Source: Spirochaetia bacterium
GTDB taxonomy: Bacteria; Spirochaetota; Spirochaetia; DSM-16054; Sediminispirochaetaceae
Assembly (NCBI GenBank): GCA_034520965.1
Contig: JAXHMY010000001.1
Location: forward strand, 512,001 to 576,000
DNA length: 64,000 nucleotides
Direction: 5' to 3'
Under the pieces are notes generated by a model, which saw only the letters and a program-made list of their open reading frames with translations, was not told where the DNA came from and did not search any database. This document shows positions 49,341 to 59,799 of this stretch, piece by piece; positions within the stretch are counted from its first letter, which is position 1, and each line of letters opens with the position of its first letter. A program made the position numbers and the translations under genes.

Positions 49341-51131
49341 TTATCGTACGTACACCGCATCAAACTTACATACGTTGTAACATTCACCGCACTTAATACA
49401 GAGTTCCTGATCAATTGAGTGCAGCTGCCTAATTTCACCGCTAATTGCATTTGTAGGACAGCGGCGGGCACATAAGCCACACCCGATACACTTGTCAGGA
49501 AGGATATGGTAGGTAATCAACTTCTTACAGTGTCCGGCGGGACAGCGTTTATCCTTGATGTGAGCCTTATACTCATCTTCAAAATAGGTGATGGTAGAAA
49601 TAATCGGGTTCGGCGCCGTTTGACCAAGACCACATAATGAGGCCTTCTGGGTGGCGTGGGCGATCGACTTTATTTTGTCAAGATCTTCCATTTCACCTTC
49701 ACCCTCGGTAATGCGCTCAAGTATGTTGTACAGGGTACGTCCGCCGACTCGGCAGGGAGCACACTTACCACAAGACTCATCAACGGTAAATCCGAGGTAG
49801 AATTTAGACACGTCGACCATACAGTCATCCTCGTCCATTACAATCATACCACCGGAGCCCATAATTGAGCCTAGCTTCTGCAGGTGTACATAATCTATAG
49901 GAGTATCGAGATAGTCCTTGGTAATAACCCCACCGGAAGGTCCGCCGGTTTGCACCGCCTTAAACTCCTTCCCGTTGGGAATTCCACCACCGATATCAAA
50001 TACAATTTCACGGAGGGTGGTGCCCATGGGAACTTCCACTAAACCGGAGTTTCTAATTTTTCCGGTAAGAGCAAATACCTTTGTCCCCTTGGAATCCTCC
50101 GTACCAATTTTAGAGAACCACTCTCCACCCTTCATGAGGATAATGGGAATATTCGCCCAGGTCTCTACGTTGTTGATAACCGTAGGCTGGTCAAACACAC
50201 CCTTAGTAGCCGGAAAGGGAGGCCGGGGGGTCGGCATACCGCGCTCACCTTCTATGGAACGGAGAAGAGCTGTCTCTTCACCGCAGACAAAGGCACCGGC
50301 ACCCAAGCGAATCTCAATATCGAAATTAAACCCGGTATCAAGAATGTTGTCACCCAGCAGACCGTATTCACGGGCTTGGGCCATTGCAATTTTCAGCCGA
50401 TTAATGGCCAGAGGATATTCTGCACGTATGTAGATGTAGCCGAAATTAGCACCAACGGTATACCCGGCAATGGTCATGGCTTCAAGAATACTGTGGGGGT
50501 CACCTTCGAGGGTACTGCGGTCCATGTAGGCACCCGGGTCGCCTTCGTCGGCGTTACACACAATGTATTTCTGGTCATTTTCAACCTGTTTGGTAAAATT
50601 CCACTTCATCCAGGTAGGAAAACCCGCCCCTCCGCGTCCGCGCAGACCTGAGGTTTTCAGTTCCTCGATAATATCTTCGGGCTTCATCTCGAAAAGAACC
50701 TTTTCAAGGGCGACATACCCGTCTCGACCAAGGTACTCGTTGATATCCTCGGGGTTTATCACACCACAATTACGCAGCACAACTCGAACCTGTTTCTGAT
50801 AAAAATCCATCTCATCAATTTGAGCCCGTTTCTTGCTCTCGGCTTTATCGTACAACAGGCGGGTAACCTCGCGACCCTTTACAATGTGCTCAGACACAAT
50901 CTCTTTTGCATCCTCGGGTGTTGCCTGAACATAAAAAGACTCTTCGGGGAGCACTTTTATAATTGGTCCTTGTTCGCAGAAACCGAAACATCCGGTTTTC
51001 ACAACCTGAACCTTGTCCCGCACTCCCTGACTCTCACACTCGTGCATCAGATTTTTATAGATTTTGTCCGACTTGGATGATTCACATGCGGTTCCACCAC
51101 AGACAAGAATAAAATTAGTAAATGCCGCCAT
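49341..51131 (-). CDS. hydB: NADH-binding NuoF-like subunit of bifurcating hydrogenase
   Basis: GLRGRGGAGFPT, CNADEGDPGA, GAGAFVCGEETAL, ESCGKCAPCR and C-terminal 2x4Fe-4S motifs. Confidence 0.92.
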   Translation of the reverse strand: MAAFTNFILVCGGTACESSKSDKIYKNLMHECESQGVRDKVQVVKTGCFGFCEQGPIIKVLPEESFYVQATPEDAKEIVSEHIVKGREVTRLLYDKAESKKRAQIDEMDFYQKQVRVVLRNCGVINPEDINEYLGRDGYVALEKVLFEMKPEDIIEELKTSGLRGRGGAGFPTWMKWNFTKQVENDQKYIVCNADEGDPGAYMDRSTLEGDPHSILEAMTIAGYTVGANFGYIYIRAEYPLAINRLKIAMAQAREYGLLGDNILDTGFNFDIEIRLGAGAFVCGEETALLRSIEGERGMPTPRPPFPATKGVFDQPTVINNVETWANIPIILMKGGEWFSKIGTEDSKGTKVFALTGKIRNSGLVEVPMGTTLREIVFDIGGGIPNGKEFKAVQTGGPSGGVITKDYLDTPIDYVHLQKLGSIMGSGGMIVMDEDDCMVDVSKFYLGFTVDESCGKCAPCRVGGRTLYNILERITEGEGEMEDLDKIKSIAHATQKASLCGLGQTAPNPIISTITYFEDEYKAHIKDKRCPAGHCKKLITYHILPDKCIGCGLCARRCPTNAISGEIRQLHSIDQELCIKCGECYNVCKFDAVYVR

Positions 51132-51526
51132 TACTGATTGCCTCCCTCTTCCACAATATCAGCCGCCGGACGGTCAAATACATGCTCATTGACCATCGTT
51201 TTGTGCATAACGTGCTTACGGACAATCTTGCGTGCAACCTCCGGATCGACCTTTCCATAGATCACATCCGGCATTTCCGGCATGACAACTTCGACCGTCG
51301 GTTCCGCATAACACAAGCCCATACAGCCGGTTTGTGTAACCCGAACAGTACTCAATTCATGTTCTTCCAATTCTTGAATAAAAGCCTCTAAGGTATCCTT
51401 TGCACCGGCGGCGATACCACAAGTACCCATTCCCACTATTATTTGAATATCTTTGTTATCCGTGTTGCGACGGGATAGGCTCTGTTTTTGCTCTTCCCGC
51501 AGCTTTCTTAATTCTTCAAGGTTCAT
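51131..51526 (-). CDS. thioredoxin-like [2Fe-2S] ferredoxin subunit (HydD/HndB-like)
   Basis: VGMGTCGIAAGA and TGCMGLCYAEP motifs. Confidence 0.88.
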   Translation of the reverse strand: MNLEELRKLREEQKQSLSRRNTDNKDIQIIVGMGTCGIAAGAKDTLEAFIQELEEHELSTVRVTQTGCMGLCYAEPTVEVVMPEMPDVIYGKVDPEVARKIVRKHVMHKTMVNEHVFDRPAADIVEEGGNQ

Positions 51527-51542
51527 AACTTGCTCCTTTTCA

Positions 51543-52118
51543 CTATTTCTTTCGGCTTACAGCCTGCTCTTCCGAAATACCTTCCTGGGACCGTACATAT
51601 GTCCGCAGCAGCCGTAAAGATCCTGAAGTTTCAAAACCTCCCACTGCCTCGGATAATTCCGACCTGGTGAGGGAGTAGGAATATATATCAGCACCATTGT
51701 TGAACTTCCGGTTGATAACCATCTCATGCTCTCCCGGATAGGTAAGAGCGGCCAAAAAAGTATTTGCCGCACTCCCAACTGGGGGGGTATCGATATTGCT
51801 TTTATCAAACTGGAACTTCACGGAGGTTCCTTGCCCCTCTCGAGAGTCAATCTCGAACTCGCCTCCGGATTGCTCTATTGCCTGGGTGAGAAACGCCAAG
51901 CCCAATCCAACATTACGCTCTGAGTGCTTTATACCATCGGTAAAAAAAGGGTCTTTTGCCTTTTTCAATTGTTCGGTACTCATTCCGGAACCGTTATCCG
52001 CAACAAATACGGTTAAATCTTTCTCGGTTTCGAAAAAATCGAACATCACAAGCGCAGCCTGTGCTTCAATCGAGTTTTGTACCAGATCCAAAGCAAAATC
52101 ACAGATGGTACGGTGCAT
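51543..52118 (-). CDS. histidine-kinase-like ATPase embedded in hydrogenase operon
   Basis: DLVQNSIEA, DNGSGM, DPFFT, GLGL and IDSREGQGT motifs. Confidence 0.85.
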   Translation of the reverse strand: MHRTICDFALDLVQNSIEAQAALVMFDFFETEKDLTVFVADNGSGMSTEQLKKAKDPFFTDGIKHSERNVGLGLAFLTQAIEQSGGEFEIDSREGQGTSVKFQFDKSNIDTPPVGSAANTFLAALTYPGEHEMVINRKFNNGADIYSYSLTRSELSEAVGGFETSGSLRLLRTYVRSQEGISEEQAVSRKK

Positions 52119-52603
52119 TATTTCTCCTGGTATTTCGCAAGTATTTCAGTAAGTCGATCTTTAGTCAGTTTACCGAATACGTCTTCACCGACGATAAGTA
52201 CCGGTGCTAGACCACAGGCGCCTACACAGCGCACCGCTTCGATAGAAAACTGACCGTCTGAAGTTACCTGATTTACACCGATACCTAGAACCGACTCCAA
52301 CTCATTCAGAATATCCTCGCCACCCTTGAGGTAGCATGCAGTACCCATACATACCTGTATATTGTACTTTCCGGGTTTATTGAGTTTGAAGTAGTGATAA
52401 AACGTGATGACTCCGTAAATTTTTGCCAACGGAACATTCATAATTTTGGCCACTTTCTTCGCTGCTTCACGCGGAATAAAACCAAACTCTTCCTGTACTT
52501 TGTGTAGGATCATGATGAGATTGCCCGGTTTCTCACGCCACGTTTCCATGTGATCTAATAGTTCTTGGGAAAACGTAATCTCAGCATCGCTTTTCACAGC
52601 CAT
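52118..52603 (-). CDS. hydC: NuoE-like [2Fe-2S] subunit of bifurcating hydrogenase
   Basis: LHKVQEEFGFIP, VCMGTACYLKG and RCVGACGLAP motifs. Confidence 0.9.
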   Translation of the reverse strand: MAVKSDAEITFSQELLDHMETWREKPGNLIMILHKVQEEFGFIPREAAKKVAKIMNVPLAKIYGVITFYHYFKLNKPGKYNIQVCMGTACYLKGGEDILNELESVLGIGVNQVTSDGQFSIEAVRCVGACGLAPVLIVGEDVFGKLTKDRLTEILAKYQEK

Positions 52604-52938
52604 GGAACCTCCATTTCATGCGGCACCCTGGGGGTGCAGTATTGTTCTGTATTTGTATGTACCAAGATAGTAGAAAATAATTAAAAAAAAATCAATAAAA
52701 AAAGCACTATTAGAATCGGATATTGTGATTTTTTTAAGTTTTAATTGATTTTTCACCGGTTTCCTACTATTATGAAACAAGTTAATGTGAACTCTCGCAC
52801 ATATATAATTAAAACTACATCTTGTAGCTTTATTATATGTGAAACCGGCATATTTAATTTGTATGTCTAAAAGTGATTGACTCACATTTAAAATTATAAC
52901 AGATTTTATCAAGAAATCTACTGCTAACTGGGGATATT

Positions 52939-53630
52939 ATGAATAAAGACTTTATATTACGACTGACAAAGTACAAAAGGCTGCTCTATAAATTAAAAGC
53001 TCTAGGCTTTGAACGTGTCTTTTCCAACAACCTGGGGGATGCTATTGGAGTAACCCCGGCACTTGTCCGAAAAGATTTTTCAACCCTTAGCCTGCCCGGA
53101 AATAAGCGTGGAGGCTACAATGTCGACACTTTACTTGAAAAACTAGCGATAAAATTCTGGGTCGCGACCGAGCTCAGCATGTAGTGGTGGTTGGCTGCGG
53201 CCGTATCGGAACCGCCCTAATGGAGTACAGCGGTTTCAATACCGACGGTATTGAAATTGTAGCCGGATTTGATACACACCCCGAGAATGTCCACAACACC
53301 AGCGGAGTCCCAATTTACGGGATGGACAAACTCAATGAGTACGTTCGAGAGAACGATACAAAGGTCGCCATTATAGCAGTCCCTGATTCTGAGGCCTCTA
53401 AAGTACTGGACCGTCTCATCGATGCCGGTATCCGAGGCATTCTTAACTTTGCGCCGGTCGAACTAAAATGCACACGCCACGATTGTCCCGGCAGCACCAC
53501 CATCCATAACGTGAACATTGCCCTTGAGCTTGAACACCTGTTTTATCAGGTAAACAGCCAGGAAGCCGAAGAAGAGGAAAAGCAAGCGGCTGGAGAGGAA
53601 ACCGCCGAATACCCGGACAGCGACGCATAG
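52939..53630 (+). CDS. rex: redox-sensing transcriptional repressor Rex (frameshift near 53150)
   Basis: RL..Y.R, VRKDFS...GNKRGGYNV; VVGCGRIGTAL and GILNFAP motifs; divergent from the hyd operon. Confidence 0.92.
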
Positions 53631-53638
53631 GACTTGCA

Positions 53639-54490
53639 ATGACAATTTCCCTGAGTATTCCCTTAGTGATCTCCTGGTCAGTAAGCCTTGTTTTGTTGTG
53701 CGCCCTGCTGGTAGTACTCATACTGAGGAAAAGCAACCGCAATGAGCAAAGCAGTCGAGATACAGGTGAACTGCAGGGGCGCTTGAACGAGTTGGAGAAA
53801 ATCTCCAGCCATATTGATGAGCTGCGATCCTTATTTATCCTGCCGCGTACCCGCGGCGATGTAGGCGAAAAACTACTCGGCGAGCTGCTGCATAACTGGC
53901 TGCCCCTGGATGCCTTCAGCCTGCAATATGGATTTAAGGACGGGACCCGCGCCGATGCGGTCATTTTTATGGACCGGTATTTGGTAGCGATTGATGCGAA
54001 ATTCCCATTTCAAAGCGTTCGAGAAGTTTTGACTCAAAGTGCTCAAGAAAAGAAAATACCCGCCCAAGTCCGCCGAACCTTCGTTCAGCACGCCAGAAGC
54101 ATTGCCGAGAAGTATATTCGCCCCGACCAGGGAACCCTCCAATTTGCACTAATGTATGTACCCTCGGAAACCTTATATTACAACTGCTTTGTAGAAGACA
54201 GCGAGCTTTCAGCTGCGGTACTCGCAGAGAAGGTTGTTCCAGTGGGTCCTGCCAATATCTTTTTGTACATCCAGACTATTGCCTACGGCCTACGGGGTTT
54301 TAATTTTCCCCAAGAAGCAGAAGAGGTTATTTCACGTGTAGCAGAAGTACAACAGGAGATGGCGGCCTTTGATAAGGAGATATCTACCGCCTCCACCCAC
54401 CTGAAGAATTTCACCCGCATGTTTGATTCACTGCTGGTCCGCTACCGCAAAATAGACAACCTTGTACGCAGAATAGAACAGAAGAAATAG
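53639..54490 (+). CDS. rmuC: RmuC-family protein
   Basis: N-terminal TM helix; RGDVGE..L, IDAKFP, IAEKYI.P..GT..FALMYVPSE motifs. Confidence 0.85.
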   Translation: MTISLSIPLVISWSVSLVLLCALLVVLILRKSNRNEQSSRDTGELQGRLNELEKISSHIDELRSLFILPRTRGDVGEKLLGELLHNWLPLDAFSLQYGFKDGTRADAVIFMDRYLVAIDAKFPFQSVREVLTQSAQEKKIPAQVRRTFVQHARSIAEKYIRPDQGTLQFALMYVPSETLYYNCFVEDSELSAAVLAEKVVPVGPANIFLYIQTIAYGLRGFNFPQEAEEVISRVAEVQQEMAAFDKEISTASTHLKNFTRMFDSLLVRYRKIDNLVRRIEQKK

Positions 54491-54521
54491 ATAAATTGGG
54501 CGTAGGCTTCCCCGCCCTCCT

Positions 54522-55610
54522 TTATTCCAGAGAACTTTTTAAAAGCAGGGGCAGATGGTCTGAATACCCGCTCTCGAACTGAGATATCCAGCGGTTTGGA
54601 AAACCATCCTCATTAAGCAGCTGTTCACTTTGAATTACCTCAAACTGCTCAAACTCCATTCCACTGTTATCGAATAAAGCAGGACTCAACAAAAAATGAT
54701 CTATTGTCTCCCACTCCGAGCGATAGGCGTAACTGCCTATCGGAGGCCGAGGTTCCATTAACCAGGGGCTCAGCAGAATAAGGGCTTCCGAATCAATACC
54801 TGCATCTTTTTCGATGCCGGTAACTCCAATACAGTCTCTGCGCTGGTCCGCGGAGAGCTTCTTATAGTCCTGCTCCGGTACTAGTGCGGTTGGATATTCA
54901 GACTCTATCCGTTCCTGCTCGTCTATACACTCATTTAAATCACCGGCCACAATAATATTCGCCTGGGGATGCTGCTCTTCAATTTGATGAATACGCCCTG
55001 CAAGGACAGCCGCAGATGCCCGCCGCTGCGGCTCAGTCTCGGCAGCTCCCCCGGATTTCGATTTCCAGTGACAGTTAAAAAGCCGGAGCGTCTTGCCGGC
55101 GGCTTGTATCTTGCATTCAAGAATCGGCCTGCCCGCCGGAATTCCTTCGATAGATACGCTATGAACCTGAATGTCCTCAAGGGGATATCTGCTGAGAATA
55201 GCGGTATTCACCGCTGAATCTTTGGCATCCGATATGCAGTAGTAGCGGTATCCACAGCCCTTAAGGTAGTGTGTAACCAGCATCTCCAGGGCGTTGAGGT
55301 TTTCAACCTCCTGCAGCAGCAGGATATCGGCCCCTCCCTCCGGGTATCTGCTGAGTACATCAGAAATCTGCAGCAGTTTAATATGGTACAGGTCGGCACT
55401 CCAGGAATCCCCACCAGGGTCATAATCAGAATATTCGCTGCCGTCCCGTACATCATCAAATAAATTTTGCACATTGTAACTCAGCAGTGAAAGTTCCTTC
55501 GGCTCGGTGTCCGGGAACACACACATCGAACAGCCACTGCAGGACAACAGAAGCTGTATGCTCATACACACAAAAAGGCCCCACACGGGGGCCTTTACAC
55601 ACTGTTTCAT
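54522..55610 (-). CDS. endonuclease/exonuclease/phosphatase family protein (probable lipoprotein)
   Basis: SYNVQNLFD, LQEVEN, HWKSK, AGDLN, IDHF and YSDHLP motifs. Confidence 0.88.
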   Translation of the reverse strand: MKQCVKAPVWGLFVCMSIQLLLSCSGCSMCVFPDTEPKELSLLSYNVQNLFDDVRDGSEYSDYDPGGDSWSADLYHIKLLQISDVLSRYPEGGADILLLQEVENLNALEMLVTHYLKGCGYRYYCISDAKDSAVNTAILSRYPLEDIQVHSVSIEGIPAGRPILECKIQAAGKTLRLFNCHWKSKSGGAAETEPQRRASAAVLAGRIHQIEEQHPQANIIVAGDLNECIDEQERIESEYPTALVPEQDYKKLSADQRRDCIGVTGIEKDAGIDSEALILLSPWLMEPRPPIGSYAYRSEWETIDHFLLSPALFDNSGMEFEQFEVIQSEQLLNEDGFPNRWISQFESGYSDHLPLLLKSSLE

Positions 55611-55695
55611 CAGGACCTCCTACCCTGTTAGAGGTAGAAACCGATCCTATGCTTCAACTAATTTAAATTTTTATCAAATTATTTTGCCCAGAGTC

Positions 55696-56301
55696 TTACA
55701 CTCCCAGCTCGCTGCGGCTTTTTATCGTACGCGATACCAAACCGTATTCCTTGGCTTCCTCGGCATTCATCCAGAAATCACGGTCGGTTTCCTGCTCAAC
55801 CTTTTCTACCGGCTGGCCGGTTTCATCGCTGATAAGTTTATTTAATTTTGCCCGCAACTTTTCCAGCTCTTTTGCATGGATTTCAATTTCTGTAGCAACA
55901 CCACGGATACCGCTGAGAGGCTGGTGGATGAGATAATGAGAGTTCGGCAGGGCGATCCTCCGCTCTTTTGGTGAAGCCAGTAATACAAGTGCCCCTGCAC
56001 TGGCAACTAAACCCATACCGATGTTGTATACCTCCGGCTTGATAAACCTCATCATATCGTAAATTGCAAAGCCCGCATCGGCATCCCCGCCGGGAGAGTC
56101 TATAAACACCTTAATTGGTTCATCGCTCTTTGATTCAAGCAGTATAAGCTGACGGATAACCCTTTCAGCTAATTCCTTATTGATTTCTCCGGAAAGAAGA
56201 ATCGTTCGAGCCTCCATCATCCGCTCAACTAACATCTCCTGACCGGGCTTTTTCTCCTCATTCTTCTCTTCTTCTTCTAATTCATACTCGCTTCGTATCA
56301 T
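55696..56301 (-). CDS. clpP: ATP-dependent Clp protease proteolytic subunit
   Basis: IDSPGG, GLVASAG, IHQP and DRDFWMNAEEAKEYGLV motifs; GAGG before ATG 56301. Confidence 0.93.
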   Translation of the reverse strand: MIRSEYELEEEEKNEEKKPGQEMLVERMMEARTILLSGEINKELAERVIRQLILLESKSDEPIKVFIDSPGGDADAGFAIYDMMRFIKPEVYNIGMGLVASAGALVLLASPKERRIALPNSHYLIHQPLSGIRGVATEIEIHAKELEKLRAKLNKLISDETGQPVEKVEQETDRDFWMNAEEAKEYGLVSRTIKSRSELGV

Positions 56302-56376
56302 GTTTACCTCAAAAGTTATCAATTTGTACGTATGTAAAAGTATACTAACAAACGGAGAATAAGAAAAGTCCTGGTG

Positions 56377-56438
56377 CAGCATTACTACCCTATAGTTTTA
56401 ATCTCTCCGTCGGAAGACTTTCAAAATTAGAATTGCTG
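56377..56438. repeat. truncated remnant of the double-palindrome element
   Basis: Right end GACTTTCAAAATTAGAATTGCTG matches the end of copy 2. Confidence 0.5.
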
Positions 56439-56484
56439 CGCTGCAGGTGCTTGCACTTCATACACATATCGCTACAATGGGGAC

Positions 56485-57360
56485 ATGAAATCAGGACTAA
56501 TTGCCGTCATCGGCCGACCTTCCTCAGGAAAATCGACTTTAATGAATAAAATCTGCGGGCACAAGGTATCTATTACCGCTCCCTCTCCACAAACCACCCG
56601 TAATACAATCCGTGGTATTTTGTCTGAAGACCGCGGGCAGCTGGTATTTCTGGACACCCCCGGATACCATAATTCAGAAAAAAAATTCAATCGCTATCTT
56701 AAACAGATAGCCCACTCGACACTGGAAGAGAGCGACGCGATTCTCTACGTACTCGATCCGCACCGCCTTCCGGGAGCTGAGGAAATCCAGTTGATGCAGG
56801 TACTCGCAGCCGGCGGCAAACCGGTGATTACCGCAGTGAACAAAACCGACCTCAACCCGCCTCAGCTTAAAGGGGTGCAGCAGAAAATAGCCGAGCAGCT
56901 TCCTCATTCACTCATTTACCCAATTTCAGCACTGAACGGTTTCGGTGTTCGCGACCTGGTAGCCGGTCTGTTTTTACAGGCTCCGGAGGGGGAGCTGATG
57001 TACCCCAAGGACTACTACACCGATCAAGATCCGGAGTTCCGCATTACTGAAATAATCCGCGAGCAGGCCGTAAACCGTACGCGGGAAGAACTTCCCCATG
57101 CCGTGTATGTAGAAATTGCTGATATGGAGATGCAGGAGGAACGCCACCTTTTATGGGCCCGTGCAGTCATTTTCGTTGAAAAGGAATCCCAAAAGGGAAT
57201 GATAGTTGGAAAAGAGGGCAGTATGATCAGAAAGATCAGAGTTTCCGCAGAAAAAGAGCTCAGAGAGCTGTTTCCCTATGCGGTAAAACTTGATCTGCGT
57301 GTAAAGGTTGACCCCAAGTGGCGTACTCGAGACCAACTACTCCAACGACTTATACATTAA
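56485..57360 (+). CDS. era: GTPase Era
   Basis: GRPSSGKSTL, PQTTR, DTPG, NKTD, ISAL motifs and KH domain EELPH...SQKGMIVGK. Confidence 0.95.
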   Translation: MKSGLIAVIGRPSSGKSTLMNKICGHKVSITAPSPQTTRNTIRGILSEDRGQLVFLDTPGYHNSEKKFNRYLKQIAHSTLEESDAILYVLDPHRLPGAEEIQLMQVLAAGGKPVITAVNKTDLNPPQLKGVQQKIAEQLPHSLIYPISALNGFGVRDLVAGLFLQAPEGELMYPKDYYTDQDPEFRITEIIREQAVNRTREELPHAVYVEIADMEMQEERHLLWARAVIFVEKESQKGMIVGKEGSMIRKIRVSAEKELRELFPYAVKLDLRVKVDPKWRTRDQLLQRLIH

Positions 57361-57370
57361 GATCCGACCT

Positions 57371-58940
57371 TTACACGTAGCGAGAGAGGATTTCCAGCAC
57401 TTTCTGTTTACCCACCGTCATGATAAAGCCGGCTAAACGCGGCCCCTTCTCTTTTCCGATAAGCACCATGTATACCAAGCTAAATAGATCTTTCGGCTCC
57501 AGTTCCTCACTGCGGGCAACGTCGTAAATGGCGGTCCCTAAACTTTTTTCGTCATGTACATCAAGCTTTTCGACCTCCCCTTTGAGCCCCCGCAGCATAC
57601 ACTTCTGCTGCTCATCGGTCTCCACCAAGGGGTCTGCGGCTGTCTGCAGGCGAAAGCGAAACTCCTCCGGACTAAAGCGGGTAATCCAGTTCCAGGCACA
57701 CTGGGCTCGGACCCTCATGCGTCGCTGCTGCTCTTCATCCAGCTCAAACATAGAGAGTACCGTTTCTATATCCCCGCCGTTGATCTGCAGCAGGTTGCAC
57801 AGGTGTCTAAACGGCAGCTGTACCGGCATGGTTTCCGGAACACCGTGAACCTGGGAAAGCTCGTAAATCCGGCTTTCCTTCTGGCGCTTCTTCTCGCCGA
57901 CTTCCTGTTCACCAAAATAGATTCGCTCGCACTTATCGTAGTCCTCGTAGATTTTGAGCACATCTAAATCAAAGGAAATTGCAAACTCGCTGTTTGGCCG
58001 GGTACCGGCAAACAGGTAACGGACAATTTCCGGTTGATAAATCTCTAGTACTTCGGACAGGCCAACTACTTCTCCGGAGGAGGATGAGATTTTTCCACCA
58101 CGCCCCTTGATACGGATAAAGTCATATTGGAAGGAAACCGGTTCCTCCGCCGTACACCTCTTTGACGATCTTACGGCCGGTATCGAAGGATCCGCCCTCG
58201 GAGTGGTGGTCCTTGCCGGCCGGTTCAAAGTCGACTCCTTCTTGACGCCAGCGCATCGGCCAGTCTACCCGCCACGGCAGTTTTACCGCGCTTGTTTCAC
58301 GCAGATCAAGGGTTTCCTCATTACCGGTATCTTCACAACGGTAGCGCAGCCCCCACTCTCCGTCCCATCCCAGTACCGTCGTAGTGTCACGGTCGGTAAA
58401 GGTGCTGAATACCGATACGGGCCACCAACCTTCGGGAAGGGGCTCGGTACGGTGTTCGTTTAAGATACTGCGGATGGTGTCCCGCTGTTCCAGAGCAGTC
58501 CGAATCCCTTCGGCATAATAAGAGCTGCGGTAGCGTTGGGCCTGGTAAATATACTCCGGCTCAACCCCCACCTTCGGCAGCAGCTGTTCCAGTGCTTTCT
58601 CGTTCGCCTCTGCATAACTGGAATACCCTGAACTGGTATCCGGTACCAGTGTAATGGGCTTGCGAAGATAACTCTCCAGTAGCTCCGGGTTCGGCATATT
58701 CTTGGGTACTTTGCGAAACACATCATAATCATCCCAAGAGTATATAAAACGAACCTGCTTTCCCTGATCCCGCAGGGCCCTCACGATTAGTTCGACCGAA
58801 ATAATCTCGCGAAAGTTACCAATATGCACAGTGCCTGAGGGAGTGATACCCGATGCACACACATAGGTATCTTTTTCGCCCTTTTGACGTACTATTTTTT
58901 CGGCAGTACTGTCTGCCCAATGAAATGTATTTCCCTTCAT
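57371..58940 (-). CDS. lysS: lysine--tRNA ligase, class I (frameshift near 58140)
   Basis: [43 protein letters not shown] and GPRLAGF motifs. Confidence 0.93.
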
Positions 58941-59064
58941 AGCCGTGCATTATAGAGGTAAATTTAGTATTGTTCAATGGAACCAAAAACTCTCATGTGT
59001 TAAGGTTACAGTTAGGATACAAATGCGCCGAGATAAGAGACATAAAGATGACTATGGGGGAAGA

Positions 59065-59665
59065 GTGAACAAGCTGGTATTAGTTCTGTTAAGTATATTA
59101 CTGCTGCCTACACTCCCGGCATGGGGAGAAACCGGTTATGCATCGTGGTACGGGGGAAAGTTTCAAGGCAGACAAACGGCGAGCGGCGAAGTATTCGATA
59201 CCAACAAATTGACGGCCGCCCACAAAACCCTCCCCTTCGGTACAGTGGTGGAAGTTACCAATTTAGACAATGGAAAGAGCATAGAAGTTCGCATTAACGA
59301 CCGAGGCCCCTTCGTGGAAGGCCGCATCATTGACCTCTCTGAGCCGCCGCCGCGAAGATCGGAATGATGAGCACGGGCATAGCACCGGTAAAAGTAGAAA
59401 TAATCCACAGTGCATCCTCTTCGACCGGAGCTCTCACACTATTCCATTCAAATTGCTTCATTTTCAGCGCGTAAAAACGCTCAACTCCTGCACAGCCGGC
59501 TTTACGACCGTGGTTTGCCGGCGGAGCTTGAAAAGTCGGACAGCGGTCACACTCGAGTGGTGCTTCCGGAAGGTGCAAGAAGCTGAGCTGGATACATTAC
59601 TGACAAAACTGGCGACCATGGGCTTTAATTCGGTGTTGGTCCGACGCCATTTCCCGGCCAATTGA
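59065..59665 (+). CDS. rlpA: RlpA-family lytic transglycosylase with C-terminal SPOR-like domain (frameshifted)
   Basis: GYASWYG...TASGE...[11 protein letters not shown]...VRINDRGPF...IIDLS. Confidence 0.85.
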
Positions 59666-59799
59666 GACCCCCTTTTTGCCTTCCCTTTGGATAAGGCGAT
59701 ACTATCGCTGCAAGTACCGCGGTTATGTGCTTGCTAAGAGTTCAAAGCTGTCGTATCATTCACACATTGAAGTTTGCACAAAGGATTTGAGGCTGGAGT

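Noticed and set aside
52616..52912. 98-aa ORF between hydC and rex
   Set aside because: AT-rich regulatory region, TTG start without RBS, atypical composition.
1377..58940. Split topA, polA, hydA, rex and lysS as pseudogenes or programmed frameshifts
   Set aside because: These are essential or conserved genes with intact motifs, and the breaks show no shared slippery-site pattern; sequencing error is more parsimonious.
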